The notes under the pieces were generated by a model, which saw nothing but the letters and a program-made list of their open reading frames with translations, did no database searches and was not told the origin of the DNA. From Candidatus Doudnabacteria bacterium (GTDB lineage: Bacteria; Patescibacteriota; Doudnabacteria; UBA920; 2-01-FULL-46-14): a stretch of DNA of 64,000 nucleotides. Where the stretch lies: contig JBGQGB010000002.1 of assembly GCA_041497195.1 (NCBI GenBank), positions 44,140 through 108,139 of the forward strand, read 5' to 3'. Both the position numbers and the translations under genes were made by a program. This document shows, in pieces, positions 62,799 to 64,000 of this stretch (position 1 is its first letter; each line of letters begins with the position of its first letter).

Positions 62799-64000
62799 AT
62801 GACAGCCCAGGACATTCGCAGAAAATATTTGGAGTTTTTCAAACAACACGGCCATACAGTGATTCCGTCCGCGTCTTTGGTGCCGGAAAATGACCCGACC
62901 GTGCTTTTTACGACAGCCGGCATGCACCCGTTGGTGCCGTATCTGCTGGGCCAGACTCACCCGGGTGGCAAGCGCCTGGTCAATTTTCAGAAATCCCTGC
63001 GCACGGATGATATCGATGAAGTCGGGGATAGCGTGCACAATACATTTTTTGAAATGCTCGGCAATTGGTCTCTCGGCGATTATTGGAAAGACGACTCCAT
63101 CAAATGGTCGTATGAATTTTTGACTGGCAAAAAATGGCTCGGCCTCGACACGGCCAAACTAGCAGTAAGCGTTTTCACCGGCGACGCTGCCGCCCCGCGG
63201 GACGAGGAGAGTGCGAAAATCTGGAAATCCCTCGGAATCGGGGACCAACGCATCGCCTACCTTGGGAAGAAGGATAACTGGTGGGGCCCGCCCGGGGTAA
63301 CAGGTCCATGCGGACCGGACACGGAAATGTTTTTTTGGACCGGGACAGGGGACGGCCCGGAAAACTTTCAAGAAACTCATGACGATCCGCTATGGGTAGA
63401 GGTTTGGAATAATGTCTTCATGGAGTATGACAAACAGGCAGATGGCCGTTTTTTGCCGCTGAAGCAAAGAAATGTGGATACGGGCATGGGATTGGAGCGG
63501 ATGACTGCTGTTATGGAGGGCAAGCAAACGATCTATGATACGGAATTGTTTCTGCCGATTTTGGAAAAAATCAGGAGCTTGGCGAAAAAACGCGATGAGC
63601 GCTCGGAGCGAATTGTCGCCGACCATCTCAAGGCCGCGACATTTATCATCGCTGACGGCGTGGTGCCGTCCAATAAAGATCGCGGGTATATACTTCGTCG
63701 GTTGATCAGGCGAGCCGTGCGCTACGGACAATTTCTCGGGATTGAACAGGAATTTTGCACTGAGGTGGCGGCCGTCGTGATTCATCATTTTGAATCAGTT
63801 TACCCGGAGCTGAGGCGGCACGAAGAAAAAATCGTGGACGAACTCGCGCGCGAAGATTTGAAATTCAGAAAGACTTTGACGAAAGGCCTCAAGGAATTCG
63901 AAAAGATGGGACAGATTGACGGCAAAAAGGCTTTTGATCTCTTTCAGACCTATGGATTTCCTTGGGAGCTGACTGAGGAGTTGGCAGAAGCACGCGGCCA
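62799..64000 (+). CDS. alaS: Alanine--tRNA ligase (3' truncated by window)
   Basis: IR.KYLEFF, SASLVP.NDPTVLFTTAGM, H.TFFEMLGNWS, VDTGMGLER, GYILRRLIRR, F.TYGFP; frame consistent to the window end. Confidence 0.97.
   Translation, partial: MTAQDIRRKYLEFFKQHGHTVIPSASLVPENDPTVLFTTAGMHPLVPYLLGQTHPGGKRLVNFQKSLRTDDIDEVGDSVHNTFFEMLGNWSLGDYWKDDSIKWSYEFLTGKKWLGLDTAKLAVSVFTGDAAAPRDEESAKIWKSLGIGDQRIAYLGKKDNWWGPPGVTGPCGPDTEMFFWTGTGDGPENFQETHDDPLWVEVWNNVFMEYDKQADGRFLPLKQRNVDTGMGLERMTAVMEGKQTIYDTELFLPILEKIRSLAKKRDERSERIVADHLKAATFIIADGVVPSNKDRGYILRRLIRRAVRYGQFLGIEQEFCTEVAAVVIHHFESVYPELRRHEEKIVDELAREDLKFRKTLTKGLKEFEKMGQIDGKKAFDLFQTYGFPWELTEELAEARG

Noticed and set aside
1-64000. CRISPR array, rRNA, integrase/transposase or prophage
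   Set aside because: No regularly spaced direct repeats, rRNA-like stretch, recombinase/transposase motifs or phage structural genes were seen by eye
1-64000. Alternative genetic code (UGA=Gly)
   Set aside because: Conserved genes are full length in code 11 and several end properly at TGA

Overview
Bacterial chromosomal window with the hallmarks of a Patescibacteria/CPR genome: short AspRS, CPR-type secreted repeat proteins, and many orphan genes with their own promoters. The lineage is inferred from gene style only; genetic code 11. Left third: housekeeping and accessory genes (cfa, engB, tRNA-Glu, a GH1/EamA/GH-A/ROK sugar cluster, scpAB, aspS, rarA, msrA, rlmI). Middle: a long operon mixing dTDP-rhamnose genes with HIT/NUDIX/adenosine kinase/ahcY. 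Right half: a cell-surface region with a sortase-like gene, DUF11/isopeptide-type surface proteins, galE, an S8 protease and a putative wall hydrolase sharing a ~58-aa repeat, a Wzx/Wzy/GT2 cluster, CtpA, a probable remote DGR target, and the 5' part of alaS. Most interesting: (1) a sortase whose catalytic Cys is Ser, next to pilin-like paralogs, one ending in a PPRTG sorting signal; (2) a DGR-variable-type gene with no RT or template in the window; (3) solo four-helix-bundle and GIY-YIG genes enclosed by inverted repeats inside operons; (4) a Phd/YefM-like domain fused to GalE; (5) a catalytically dead HtrA; (6) several apparently leaderless genes; (7) small ORFs missed by the ORF track. Two homopolymer frameshifts may be sequencing errors. 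All family calls come from motif recognition by eye, not database searches.
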